Shown: positions 31,301-41,150, numbered from the stretch's first letter. The stretch is DNA of 64,000 nt from an uncultured euryarchaeote (GCA_937892945.1 CALBIL010000039.1:5272-69271), one strand, 5' to 3'. Made by a program: numbers and translations. Notes: generated from the letters alone by a model not told the origin.

Positions 31301-31357
31301 CTTTGAATGGAGTGCTGCTGCCAATCTTGGCTCAAGGTTGGAAAAGACATCAGACAT
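28316..31357 (-). CDS. lhr: Lhr-family SF2 helicase with C-terminal Cys4 finger and HhH-like motif
   Basis: APTGSGKT, ITPLRALNRD, DEVH, GLSAT, HHGSL, SLELGID, QRVGR; CLKC..CIKC, GRGIG; start placed at ATG 31357. Confidence 0.93.
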   Translation of the reverse strand: MSDVFSNLEPRLAAALHSKGWNPTPVQTTTLPELCEGGDRIIVAPTGSGKTLSAVLPMLNRCLVEEWKPLSILYITPLRALNRDVDRRLTEIAEAVGLKVGLRHGDTKQSERTRQVRNPPDLLITTPETFQLMFTGKNLRELLKRVQAVIIDEVHDLAASERGWQLSVGLERLEALSGHSVQRIGLSATVGNPEEVAKWLSPKKGKALLTTGDRTTELTVECAQTLPEDEIGGLEMSIQPRAHASFRRLIEVLRTEPPCLVFVNSRSDAETIANRLQTMAPDVAIGVHHGSLAAETRQEMEDKLRSGELSGLVCTSSLELGIDVGKIRRIIQVKSPRSVDRMLQRVGRADHRLGGVGKGHLLSWDTDDIAESAVVGRRAMLGQIESIEWRQRPLSVAANQLVLMAHSFNAVAIDEATDILSKVAQFEGWTRSDTESILRVLADSWILRFTPDPDEVPWYRWPKAVYTVAQEEALNEGKPLPDERPLFSIPDEEVPELFKKRTVSVPLPFKLGWFSTAGRTRQWVGNHLSMIPDKQSYRVRDAVTRRHLGSVDEAFVLSLNDSGEDDDGSRRQFVMAGRTWLIIDADPEQSELLVAPVSDKAEAPRWVGELPPVPKAIGRDIGRLRQLIADDLHLFENEPNAVLNLQAIDTEGIFADRDSVLPEHPFDDEALGLMAEEITAHVEATGHVPTDRLMTLEQREDAIVINSCHGSRINEALGHFLMAMATTKSGKWGRLVVEPTRIALQTGAVTPEELIGWMMETPPDAIEGLLSVTLPNSRQVRWRFAQVAKTFGILRHGVDPRKINLQALLRKYRGTVVMEEVLSKLFHERMDVLGVRDLLRAVQNGTIELKITASGPIGLSNHSSRDMLLPNWDSAQVRTQLRSRLTNERAVLCCLKCKVTRRFRVARYPEMSDIKSCIKCKGSMLACSPERMQSMLVGWVESDDEKDQARMMKNASVVQSRGYEAILCLMGRGIGEATAQRVLRKVQRNNIDGLLEMIHNAEMEYARTRRFWS

Positions 31358-31437
31358 ACTCTCCCCACCCCTATGGAGAGGGGGTCCCGTCGGCCTCTTT
31401 TGAGTATTTGCAGTACAGAGGGAATGAAGAAATGACG

Positions 31438-34400
31438 TCAATCGTCATCTTCATAGTCGTCTTCTTCATCGTCCTCGTCTTCTTCATCGTCTTCTTCATC
31501 GTCTTCCCATTCCTCTTCATCAGAGAACACGCCTTCTCCGTGATCAATGGTCGTACGTGCTGCAATGGATGCAACACCGATAAGAACAAGGATTGAAGTA
31601 ATGATAAAGATCCATGCAAGTGGACTTTCCCGTGGAGAATCAAACCATCCGAAGTATTCTCCATAGGCAATATCAATCGAATGTTCTGCACTGTTGTCGT
31701 CATCATTGACTTCGACAATGAGGTTATCGTAATCGACAACAACGCGAACACGGTCAACATCTTCCGCCGACCAAGTCGTGCTCACTTTGACAACCTCATC
31801 CCCATCGATCCCTGCCACAGCGACAGTATCGAATGGCATTTCATCATCACCTGAATAGAATGCAACCTTGAACAATGCAGGTGTTGAACCTCCAATGTTG
31901 ATCACTTCAGCGTTGATGACGATGTTTGAACCAGGTGCGATGTGGTCGTCAGAAAGGGATATTGATTTCACTCGAAGTTCTGGACCAACAGCTCCTAATC
32001 GAATCCATTGGCGTTCAAAGTCTGTGTCGTCAACCGCAAGTTCGGGAATCGGGCTTGCTTCAGAATTCGAGACAACAGGGAATTGATTTCCGGCGGCATC
32101 ATAGCCAGTGACATAGAAACCTACGAAATCTCCAGCTTGTGGCGTGATTCGTCCATTGTCTGTCAAATCTACCGCTCCAGTCCAAATCACGTTCTGGCCT
32201 TCTTGTTGCATGCCTAACAGTGTTGAACCTGCACCAATGGTTACCGTACGGGTAGCATCTCGCATAACCCAATGTACCATTTGACTCGAACCTGTGAGGT
32301 CGGCATCTTCAGTCCCATAGAATTCTACAGGGACATAACTGAGGTCATTATTCGCCGAAATATCGATGACATTGAGTGGAGAGGTTCGTCGAACTACCCG
32401 CGGTGCAGCATCATCGACAACAACTTGTAATGTGGTCGAAACCAATGTTCCTGTCATATCCTCTCCTCTTCCAGGGATATTTGTAATGGATATGAGACAT
32501 GTCCGGGTTGGAGATGATTGCAGGGTTGTGGCAGCGGATAAGGGGACTTCAACAGAGAATTCTCCAGATGAACTGATTGAACCATCGCTCCACATCTTTT
32601 CACCATCGAACACTTCGATAAGAATACCTACATCTCGAGGAGCAGCGACTGTGCTTCCTTCATAGACAACACGGCCAGTAAATGCCAAACGGTCATCCTT
32701 TCTCACTCGACTTCCATCAGCTACAATTCCTGTCCTTGGCTCGGACACATCTTCGACGAAGTATTCTGTCGGCGAAAGCATCAAGTCATTCTCGACTCGG
32801 AAGGTGTGTTCAAGTAACAAAATCTGTGAATCATCCATCGAACCTCTTTCTTTGAACAATAACACTACATCACCCATTTCTTCATCTGGCCAATCCCAGC
32901 CGATGACAAATTCAAACGTAACAATGATCCATGGGAGTCCGGATTCATTTGTCGTTTCTTGCATGGTGCTGGAAGTCATCAAAGTAATAAAATCACTTTC
33001 GGACCAGAACGAATTGTTCATTCCAGAATATGAAATACGCTGTGCATCTCTCATTGGATTTGGTCCTTCGAAATCAAACACCAATGAAATGTGCTCAAAG
33101 TCAATTGCGGTGTTTGCGTCAATAAAACCAAGCGTAATCACTTGCTTCATTCCTGCAAAGACAAGTCCATCATCAACATGGCCAAACCATTCGAGTCCGG
33201 TGAATACCGCAGTCGAATCTTTGCGAGTGCGGAACGTTGAATCATCGTAAAGGAAGCCAGGTCCTGACTGGAACTCAAGAATGGCACCATCTTCATCCAT
33301 GTGGGTATAATGCAATGGATTACCTGCTTGATCTCCTCCAGTCCAATAATAGGATACGCGTCCCATATTCGGGTTTCGTGTATGGTCAATCGTAGTGATA
33401 AACCACTTGTTCTTTGCTTCAGTTGTATTATGGACCATTTTACTCACATATTCTTGTGGGTCTGCCTCTCCGTTGCGGTTAAGGTCATGGTCTGCTTCAA
33501 CCCAGTACATCAATTCAAGAGCCATTGGATGACCAATATCATCGTTGATTAGGACCTTGATTTCTTGAACGGGACTTGCCGCTTCATAGCCATCATCAGC
33601 CGGTACGAAATTATCACGGTGAGGTGGTGTAGCATCAACCATGAAAGTACGTTGCCAGTCGAGATTTGGTTGCATGACATGCGTTGGTTCCTTTTCGTTA
33701 TAGGTTTGAACTTCGTAGGTCAAACCAGATTCAACATCAATGTCTGGAAGGTTCACTGAGATGAAGAAACTACCATTGTTGTTGGTCGTATCTCGTGCAG
33801 TACTTTCAACCCAGCCATTGCGAGATACTCGGACATCGAAAGCGCTGTCTTTTGGAGCATCTTCGGTGTTTTGGAACCACATTGCACCTTGGAAGTGAAG
33901 TGTTTCACCAGCGGCAACCCATGAATGATCAGGAACATCATCCATAATTAATGCACCATCATTGTCGCGAATTTTCATCCATCCAAGTCCAAAAGTGCGG
34001 TTGACTTCCAATCCATTGAGGCTCGTAAGGTCCAATGGTGAATATCCTGCTGAGCCGGTGTTGTCGAGGCATCCTGTTCTGAATCGGACATTACTTTGGT
34101 CTGGGAATTCAGATGTCACATGGAAGATCCAATGAATTTCGAGAATTCCATTATTTTCAGACGACCATGAACTTATGTCCAGCTCGATGTAATCTTCAGG
34201 GTCATTCGGCTCAGGGAATACATCTCCATTCTGCCAATACAATGTCGGATTCTTCGCAATCGAATTGGTTACGAGTGTAAGGGTTGCTTCAGCCATACCA
34301 GTTGCATCTTCACCGATGATATGCCGAGTAACCACTTCGTAAGGCGTCAAGCGTTCATGGAGAACTTCACCTTCTGGTATGTCGATGTCGAGATTGACTG

Positions 34401-36543
34401 TATTCATTGTGTAGGTGACTGCGAAGGATTCGAGAATTAAGATTCCCGAGGATGCAGCGACCAAATCAATAGAAATGTTACTGAAACCAGTACCAGTATC
34501 TGGAATCGCATCGTTAAAACGTTTGAGTAGATTGTTGCTCCCACTCGTCTGATGCGTAATGGTCAACGGGCCGAGCAATGCACCATCTTGTGATGCACGT
34601 GACCAGCCTGATTTTCCATCAATGTTGATTCCTGGTTGAGTTGGAGCATTCGAATGTTGGGCAATGGAAATGTTCGATATGGAGGGTGTTGCACCTGAAT
34701 TGGAAGTTCCAAGTTCAACACGCATGCAGAGATAGTACCCCGTTCCAGTCACTGATTTGGTCTGGTTCGATTGAGTGAACGTCAAAACTCCAGCACTACC
34801 GGGCGTACATGTGCTTGAGGTTGTGTATCCAAAGTAGACACGAATCGAAGTACTCGGAGGCAAGACTTCATCCCATGTGATCGTTGCAGCAACAACATTT
34901 TTTATTCCAGAACCTACATACTGGTAGGTATACATACTCGATGAAGAGACATAGGATGTGATGTATTCAATGCCAACTGCATCAAGGATTGGTGCTTTGT
35001 TCGTGGTTCCATTGAGGCTTGCTCGCCAGACGAACGTTGTACTGGTTTGAGCAAAATTAACTGTTTGCCCAGCAGTCACGTGCCTCCAAGTGGTACCTCC
35101 GTCGTTGGAAATGTCCACATCGATACTGGTTCCAGTAGGGATATATCCAATGATACCGCTGATCTCCAAGGTATCAATTGCTTTCGAAGTGGTGAACGAA
35201 GACCCTATGATTGTTGCACTTGTAGAAGAGTGACTTCGTTCATCATACAATGCTCCGTCTCCAAAGTTGTTGATTTTGTGGCGTGTACTCGTGCTGCAAT
35301 AGGTTGTGCTGTAGTAGTGGCAAGAGAAACTAAATTGCCCAAGTTCCGATTCAACCATTCCATAATGGCCACCTTCTGGCACAGGCACTTCACCCATATG
35401 TTCGATGAAGTTTCCATTCATAGTGAAAAAGTGATGGTATGAGTCGTAGGTATAACCGACTCCACTTACGTATTGCTGGTCATATTCGTTGTAGATAATC
35501 GTCGGCATGTTGACAATCATTCCAGCCCCATAACTGGAGACTGTTGAGCCCGTGGCTAAGGTCCATGTGCCCTGGATTGAGGATGGAGAACTCTTGCTGA
35601 CTTCGTTGAGGTAATGTGCGTTTGCTGAATAGGAATACGTTGCGACATACAGTTTGCCAGTCGCATCATCGATGTCGACTCCAGTGACGTAATTACTGCT
35701 GTACTGCCATGAACTGTCACAACGCCATGATTTGGCAGTACTGCCTGTTGCAGCGTTTGTGACTGTAGTTAGAATGGACCATTTGGTCATGTAATAACTG
35801 CTGTAATGGGCGGTGTAAACCGTACTTCCATCGACGGTGGCATCGACCATATTGTAGTACTGAGATGTACTGCAACCATTGGTATTGAGGGAGGCTGTTC
35901 CAATATAGGCGCCAGTCGTCGAGTTGATCCGAAGAATAGTTGGCGTATTATACAAACTGGAAGATGAATACTTCATGATATGGTATTCGTTATCAACTAA
36001 AACAACTACGCCGATGTAGCCCCATGAGGCGCTTGTACTGACAGTTGATTGGGGGAATTTTTTGGTCAAACCGGTATATCCTTGGTCTGCTAGAGACATG
36101 AACTGGCCTGTAGTGTTTTGATGGGCGCCGACTTTTGATGAAACTTGTGAAGTTCGAGAGAAATCAATTGACTGGATCGTAGGGTTTCCTTTGAGTGACA
36201 TCGTCTGTGAAGCAACATCCACATTTGTACGACTTCCAGATGTGAACGGTGAAGGTGCAGAGCCAGACCAGAGACCGTCACCAGCTCCGCCGAAATGGGA
36301 ATTTGTTGTGAAATTGGAATACGAGGTTGAACTCGCTTCACCCTTCAAATTGAATTGTGCAGCTGTGACTTCTGCCCCGTATGGGATTGTGAGATAACCG
36401 GCTGTACCATTGCCGGTGCCTGCAAACGTGTGGCTGTAGGAGGAAGTACCGTCCGAGAATTGAGTTTCAACCGTGGCACTGGCTGCCATTGGGCTGAAGA
36501 GAGATACTGTGAAGAGAAGAATTAAAAAGAGGGCTTTTTGCAT
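31438..36543 (-). CDS. Giant cell-surface protein (signal peptide, Ser/Thr/Tyr-rich beta domains, CARDB-like domain, C-terminal TM, acidic tail)
   Basis: N-terminal hydrophobic helix; VINIGG...VVVDYDNLIVEVNDDDN CARDB signature; TM followed by D/E tail. Confidence 0.8.
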   Translation of the reverse strand: MQKALFLILLFTVSLFSPMAASATVETQFSDGTSSYSHTFAGTGNGTAGYLTIPYGAEVTAAQFNLKGEASSTSYSNFTTNSHFGGAGDGLWSGSAPSPFTSGSRTNVDVASQTMSLKGNPTIQSIDFSRTSQVSSKVGAHQNTTGQFMSLADQGYTGLTKKFPQSTVSTSASWGYIGVVVLVDNEYHIMKYSSSSLYNTPTILRINSTTGAYIGTASLNTNGCSTSQYYNMVDATVDGSTVYTAHYSSYYMTKWSILTTVTNAATGSTAKSWRCDSSWQYSSNYVTGVDIDDATGKLYVATYSYSANAHYLNEVSKSSPSSIQGTWTLATGSTVSSYGAGMIVNMPTIIYNEYDQQYVSGVGYTYDSYHHFFTMNGNFIEHMGEVPVPEGGHYGMVESELGQFSFSCHYYSTTYCSTSTRHKINNFGDGALYDERSHSSTSATIIGSSFTTSKAIDTLEISGIIGYIPTGTSIDVDISNDGGTTWRHVTAGQTVNFAQTSTTFVWRASLNGTTNKAPILDAVGIEYITSYVSSSSMYTYQYVGSGIKNVVAATITWDEVLPPSTSIRVYFGYTTSSTCTPGSAGVLTFTQSNQTKSVTGTGYYLCMRVELGTSNSGATPSISNISIAQHSNAPTQPGINIDGKSGWSRASQDGALLGPLTITHQTSGSNNLLKRFNDAIPDTGTGFSNISIDLVAASSGILILESFAVTYTMNTVNLDIDIPEGEVLHERLTPYEVVTRHIIGEDATGMAEATLTLVTNSIAKNPTLYWQNGDVFPEPNDPEDYIELDISSWSSENNGILEIHWIFHVTSEFPDQSNVRFRTGCLDNTGSAGYSPLDLTSLNGLEVNRTFGLGWMKIRDNDGALIMDDVPDHSWVAAGETLHFQGAMWFQNTEDAPKDSAFDVRVSRNGWVESTARDTTNNNGSFFISVNLPDIDVESGLTYEVQTYNEKEPTHVMQPNLDWQRTFMVDATPPHRDNFVPADDGYEAASPVQEIKVLINDDIGHPMALELMYWVEADHDLNRNGEADPQEYVSKMVHNTTEAKNKWFITTIDHTRNPNMGRVSYYWTGGDQAGNPLHYTHMDEDGAILEFQSGPGFLYDDSTFRTRKDSTAVFTGLEWFGHVDDGLVFAGMKQVITLGFIDANTAIDFEHISLVFDFEGPNPMRDAQRISYSGMNNSFWSESDFITLMTSSTMQETTNESGLPWIIVTFEFVIGWDWPDEEMGDVVLLFKERGSMDDSQILLLEHTFRVENDLMLSPTEYFVEDVSEPRTGIVADGSRVRKDDRLAFTGRVVYEGSTVAAPRDVGILIEVFDGEKMWSDGSISSSGEFSVEVPLSAATTLQSSPTRTCLISITNIPGRGEDMTGTLVSTTLQVVVDDAAPRVVRRTSPLNVIDISANNDLSYVPVEFYGTEDADLTGSSQMVHWVMRDATRTVTIGAGSTLLGMQQEGQNVIWTGAVDLTDNGRITPQAGDFVGFYVTGYDAAGNQFPVVSNSEASPIPELAVDDTDFERQWIRLGAVGPELRVKSISLSDDHIAPGSNIVINAEVINIGGSTPALFKVAFYSGDDEMPFDTVAVAGIDGDEVVKVSTTWSAEDVDRVRVVVDYDNLIVEVNDDDNSAEHSIDIAYGEYFGWFDSPRESPLAWIFIITSILVLIGVASIAARTTIDHGEGVFSDEEEWEDDEEDDEEDEDDEEDDYEDDD
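31441..31520 (-). repeat. Low-complexity GAY/GAR repeat encoding an acidic tail
   Basis: EEEWEDDEEDDEEDEDDEEDDYEDD. Confidence 0.85.
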
Positions 36544-36683
36544 AAAAATCACCGGTGTGCCTCAATGGGCCTTTGGCCCACACGAACCAAAGCATTTGAA
36601 CTTCGCCCTATCAGGTCAGTCGGTCAAAGAAGCGATAGGAAAAAGAAGGCCGGCGTATCTGCTCACACTGAGGAGAGGAGTGC

Positions 36684-37064
36684 ATGGGTCTAATTTCAAA
36701 CTGGTGGCAACAACAACATGGACGGCAATTAGGCATCACTGCGACGCTTTCGGGGGGACTGGGAATACTTCTTGGCATCTCTGTGTATCAATTACTGTTC
36801 CTTCAAAACCATGTTTCCTGGGGAGACTTTACGGGGCAATCAATAGGATTAGCAGTTTTTTCATCCATTGCTCTGTTAATTGTGCTCCCGGAATTCCTTT
36901 CATTACGGGGTCATGTGAATACCCTTGAAGAACTTCAATCCATAGAATCAACCTCCGAACTTCGTCGTCGTAAGGAAGAAGGAAACGAAGCGGCAGATGT
37001 CTTAGGTGCTGGCCATGCTATTGCATGGGCGGCATTCCTTGAAAGCAAAGGACTTCGACGGTGA
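36684..37064 (+). CDS. Small two-TM membrane protein of unknown function
   Basis: SD-like GGAG upstream; 2 TM plus helical tail; GTGA overlap with the next gene. Confidence 0.7.
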   Translation: MGLISNWWQQQHGRQLGITATLSGGLGILLGISVYQLLFLQNHVSWGDFTGQSIGLAVFSSIALLIVLPEFLSLRGHVNTLEELQSIESTSELRRRKEEGNEAADVLGAGHAIAWAAFLESKGLRR

Positions 37065-38146
37065 ACTTGAGGGGACAAAGCGTGAGTGACAGTGACCCGT
37101 TGAAGACACTGTTCCGAGAACTTCTTCTTGCAGCCGGAATGATTGGTCTGCTCATTTTGGCATTGTATGCACATACCGGTTCAATGCCACCTTTAGTTGT
37201 CGTCGAATCCTCTTCAATGATTCATGATATCGATGGAGAGGTTGGTAGTATCGATGCAGGCGATTTAGTCCTCGTTCACAACCAAGATTTTGATACAATC
37301 GTCACATTCGCTGAAGCCACCGATCCTGGTAATTCCAAATATGGGTATTCGGAACATGGACTTGGAGGTGACGTGATCATTTACAAAAAGAACGGTGAAG
37401 CTGGAACACCAATAATTCACCGAGCCATAATGGAAGTCGTTCCAAATGAAATCATCACCCCAGACCGAAGTGTACCATCAAATGCGTCAAACAGTGATCG
37501 TTGCCCTGAAGGCGGAACTTTTGACTCGGAATCCCTCGATGAAGATGGCGTTCTCGGCGTTTGTGTTTTGACCTGGGATGTTCCAGGCACCGATGTTCGT
37601 AATGTCGAAACAGTCACCGTTCACTTTGATGGGGTCCAGGCTGGTTATTACGATTGTAATCGGCCGGTTCATGCCAATGTTGAACCTCACTTAGTTGTCT
37701 GGCAATGGCAACCACGCCATGCCGGCATTCTTACACTTGGAGACAATAACAATTGTTCAGTTGACCAAGGTTCACAAGCGGTGAACGGTTCTTCCGGCGT
37801 CCACAGTGCATCCGGTACGGTGGGTCCCATTCGATCATCTTGGCTTATCGGAGTTGGTGGTGGAGAAATCCCTTGGCTTGGAACGGTTAAGCTGATGGTC
37901 AGTGGCGAGGATACTCCAGGTACGGCATATGTTCCGAGTTCATCGTTTTTGATTTTATTTACTTTGATTGGAGGCGTTCTTGTTTTGCCAATGCTTCTTG
38001 AACCAGTAATACGTAAATTCATGTCGAAAGCACCGGAATTTGAGCAAGCAATGTCCGAACATAAAAAGAAACAATCCGAACTGAATACCTCAGAAGATGA
38101 TTTAGTTTGGAAGTCTCTGAACATACATGATTCTGAATCCGAATAA
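37061..38146 (+). CDS. S26 signal peptidase I (Sec11/ER-type, Ser-His)
   Basis: VVVESSSM, GDLV, GDVIIY, PIIHR, LGDNN, EIPWLG. Confidence 0.88.
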   Translation: MNLRGQSVSDSDPLKTLFRELLLAAGMIGLLILALYAHTGSMPPLVVVESSSMIHDIDGEVGSIDAGDLVLVHNQDFDTIVTFAEATDPGNSKYGYSEHGLGGDVIIYKKNGEAGTPIIHRAIMEVVPNEIITPDRSVPSNASNSDRCPEGGTFDSESLDEDGVLGVCVLTWDVPGTDVRNVETVTVHFDGVQAGYYDCNRPVHANVEPHLVVWQWQPRHAGILTLGDNNNCSVDQGSQAVNGSSGVHSASGTVGPIRSSWLIGVGGGEIPWLGTVKLMVSGEDTPGTAYVPSSSFLILFTLIGGVLVLPMLLEPVIRKFMSKAPEFEQAMSEHKKKQSELNTSEDDLVWKSLNIHDSESE

Positions 38147-38989
38147 TTAGTTTTGAATCGCTTCTTCGAGTGTCAATTCACCACAAGCAACAGCATATGC
38201 GACATCAGAAGAAATTGTTTTTCTTCCGTTACTTCGTTTTCGACTTTGTCTTTGAATTTCTCTGATTTCACCTATAGTCGGTTGAATTTCTCTGAACTCC
38301 CAGACATGTTCTCCAGAGAGTAGCGCGATTCTTATCGCTGAAATGACATGGTTGTGGCGAAGTAAACCCCGTGAGGTTTTGGCTTCATTCACTATTTCGA
38401 CCTCAAGTTGGTGAGTGAGGCAATCGTTAATGATTTGATCACGACTCAACGGAGCCCCATCGCCAATTCGTATGACCATTCGTTTAAATTCAAGAGCGGA
38501 TGAGATTCCAATTATTTGTGCTGCAATATTTTCGATGCGTTCAAACTGTGCAACACCTAAAACGACCCCATCGGCTAACCAAGCAATTCCTGGGCGTGGA
38601 CCAGGGTCGACCCCAAAGCATAGTTGGTGTACTTGCGTGATGCCTCTCTGAAGGCGTACTGCATTGTCGACCGCCGCTTTGACTGAAACACTAGACGCTG
38701 CAATTGGTTTTCCTTCATCGCGGTATGTAGCGACCTCAATGTCATTGCCAAACCAAATCATATCCTGTTCAGGAAGCACAGCATCGTATTCGAGAAGAAT
38801 GAACCTCAGTCCTCGACGTTTGAGTTCAGTCATTAGCCGAAAAGCCAATTTGAAATCAATGGTGCGTATAGCAAGCCGAGGCACATTGAAACTGTATCTT
38901 CCGCGATTAACTAAACTTTCGCCCCTGTGGGCGGGATTTTGGGTTGCGGAAAACCTTGATTGCGATGGGGCTTCAACCGAAGTCATCAA
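38147..38989 (-). CDS. RNase H-fold (YqgF/RuvX-like) protein
   Basis: GVDPGPRPGIA, IGDG, VNEAKTS; probable start GTG 38884. Confidence 0.65.
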   Translation of the reverse strand: MMTSVEAPSQSRFSATQNPAHRGESLVNRGRYSFNVPRLAIRTIDFKLAFRLMTELKRRGLRFILLEYDAVLPEQDMIWFGNDIEVATYRDEGKPIAASSVSVKAAVDNAVRLQRGITQVHQLCFGVDPGPRPGIAWLADGVVLGVAQFERIENIAAQIIGISSALEFKRMVIRIGDGAPLSRDQIINDCLTHQLEVEIVNEAKTSRGLLRHNHVISAIRIALLSGEHVWEFREIQPTIGEIREIQRQSRKRSNGRKTISSDVAYAVACGELTLEEAIQN

Positions 38990-39014
38990 GAACGATTGAC
39001 GGTGATGAAGGGTT

Positions 39015-39692
39015 GTGTCGAGCCAGTATGAGCGTGAATTGAGACAGGTTCTTGCTGGAGTTCCAAAAGGCGTGGAAGCGGTAATTCGTTCTTGTAATCC
39101 TCTTGAGAAGCAAAAGATGCGTCAAGTGCTCGATCGACCTTTCTTAGTGGTACGAGCCGCTGGATCAGGAATGGAAGGTACTGGTGATTTACTGGCTTTG
39201 CGTGGCGATTTATGTTTTCCAATTGAAGTGAAATCAACCCGCCCAAAGAAACTCTATCTTTCAGGTCGGACAAAACTCCAGTATGAAGCAATGGTTACCG
39301 AAGGCGAAAGATGTCATTTGATGCCGCTCTATGCTCACCGCCAAAAAGGAATTCGCGGTGATTCATGGCGTATTTTCAGAGTCGAAACCAGTAATCTCTC
39401 CGGTAGACTCCGGCAACTGGAAAAGTCAATACCACCATTCCCTACAACGAGAAACGGATCTGTCTACCTCAATTGGGAAGATGGTATGCCACTCCATGCC
39501 TTTGTCGCCTTAGTCTGCTCTTCTGCAGGCTCTGAGAAACATGCGTTACATAATTTAGAAGTGCGAACACTTCGATCGAATCTTTTTGCCAAGTCTCTCC
39601 CGACCACAGAACTGGAAGAAATCCTTCCTGCTCAGTCCTTGACGGAAAAACCACTTGATGTTTTGGCCGAACTTGCCCGACGTCGTTCGTAA
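39015..39692 (+). CDS. hjc: Hjc-like Holliday junction resolvase (PD-(D/E)xK)
   Basis: YERELR, RAAGSG, GDLLA, IEVKS. Confidence 0.8.
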   Translation: MSSQYERELRQVLAGVPKGVEAVIRSCNPLEKQKMRQVLDRPFLVVRAAGSGMEGTGDLLALRGDLCFPIEVKSTRPKKLYLSGRTKLQYEAMVTEGERCHLMPLYAHRQKGIRGDSWRIFRVETSNLSGRLRQLEKSIPPFPTTRNGSVYLNWEDGMPLHAFVALVCSSAGSEKHALHNLEVRTLRSNLFAKSLPTTELEEILPAQSLTEKPLDVLAELARRRS

Positions 39693-41150
39693 TCAGAAAT
39701 AAGGAATGACGAGTACGAACAATAACATTATCAAAAGAACAACCGAAGACAAACTTGAGGCTTTGTTTGAAATATGATCGATCCACATTGGATGAATATC
39801 CCATAGTTTTGTTTTCTTCCCAATCCGTTTAACTCGGTTGAGGGTGCCTTTAATCCAATCTTTGAACAAATGACCGCCATCAAACGGCACCATTGGGATT
39901 AAGTTTGTAAACCCGAGAAGAATATTTACCCACATCAACCAAAAGAAGAAATTAACGAAGAACAGCAACCCATTCAATCCAAGTGTCTCTCCAAGAATAC
40001 CTTCTGCCGGTGCAAGCATAGCTTCCTCCACGGGGTACATCGAAACACCCTGTAATTCAAACGGAATGATCATCATATTAACGACATGAACCGGAGTGTA
40101 GACGACCTGTATCAGCACACCTCCTTCGAAACGAGGTGAAAATGGCCCCGCAAGACGATCTATTCCAGCAGTTCCTTCAACAATTCCTTCGACACCAACA
40201 AAAGCATCACCTTGTTTGATTCCGAGTGTTTCGAGATTGGTAGGGCTCCACCCCAGTTCAATGTAGTAGTCGTACTTGTCTGAAAGCAGCAGTTCAATAC
40301 TTTCCAATGAGCCATTCTCATGTTTGACATCAACGATGATGGTATCGTTTGCTTGATATTTTTGAAGAATTGTTTGAAACCCTTCTACTCCATCGACTTC
40401 TTCGCCATCAATCTGAAGAATGGTATCCCAAGGTTGCATTCCAGCATCATCTGCACCAGCATCTTTGATGACGCCTCGCACGTGTGGGTTTTCAGAAGTT
40501 GAAGTAAAATTAGCCGCCAAGCCTCCTAACAATATCAAACAAATGAATGCTGCAAACAAATTCGTGGCAGGTCCTGCGGCAAACATCCGCATCCGTTCTT
40601 TTCGAGGTGCTTTGTGCAATTCTTGGTATTGAGGTTCAGCAAATGCGCCAAGTGGAAGTGGACCCAGTTGAAGGAGACCAAACGAACGAATACGCATACC
40701 ATGTGCTCGAGCCAACAGCCCATGTCCAAATTCATGTATGACCAGTGCTATGATAAACGCCATTGCTCCCCAGCCCAAAGGAATCATGGGGTTTATTCCT
40801 GGAATCGCTACGAGTTCACTGGCAGTCGGTGGACTTGCAGTCGGAGGGTAGAGTAACGTCGTAACGAAAGCCAGAATCATCATAAGAGCGACCAAAAACA
40901 TGGAAAAGAGGCACACCCAAAGGGCTACTTCTCCATAGATTCGCCAAAACCGGCGTGGCCGAGCGATACGGTCGAGGGTTTTGAGGCCCCAGTTGCTGCG
41001 TACCATCAACACGACACCAAAGACTCGTGTGGCGTTCCAACGGTCAAGTGTACCATTTCGTTCCCAAACACGAAGCATAAGGTACCATGCAAAGATAAAG
41101 ATGAGCACAACTTTCCAGTCGGCTTCAACCGAACCCCATGCACCATCCAT
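39693..41150 (-). CDS. Site-2 (M50) membrane metalloprotease with PDZ domain
   Basis: HEFGH, GAFAEP, AAGPATN, AGMQPWDTILQIDG, NLIPMVPFDGG; start placed at ATG 41150. Confidence 0.93.
   Translation of the reverse strand: MDGAWGSVEADWKVVLIFIFAWYLMLRVWERNGTLDRWNATRVFGVVLMVRSNWGLKTLDRIARPRRFWRIYGEVALWVCLFSMFLVALMMILAFVTTLLYPPTASPPTASELVAIPGINPMIPLGWGAMAFIIALVIHEFGHGLLARAHGMRIRSFGLLQLGPLPLGAFAEPQYQELHKAPRKERMRMFAAGPATNLFAAFICLILLGGLAANFTSTSENPHVRGVIKDAGADDAGMQPWDTILQIDGEEVDGVEGFQTILQKYQANDTIIVDVKHENGSLESIELLLSDKYDYYIELGWSPTNLETLGIKQGDAFVGVEGIVEGTAGIDRLAGPFSPRFEGGVLIQVVYTPVHVVNMMIIPFELQGVSMYPVEEAMLAPAEGILGETLGLNGLLFFVNFFFWLMWVNILLGFTNLIPMVPFDGGHLFKDWIKGTLNRVKRIGKKTKLWDIHPMWIDHISNKASSLSSVVLLIMLLFVLVIPYF

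Noticed and set aside
28316..31357. Intein in Lhr, or in the UvrB, presenilin and S26 inserts
   Set aside because: No C/S...HN-(C/S/T) splice junctions or LAGLIDADG motifs seen
31441..31520. Tandem repeats here and at 14752-14821 as CRISPR or VNTR
   Set aside because: Codon-level low complexity from D/E and D/H tracts, with no repeat-spacer structure
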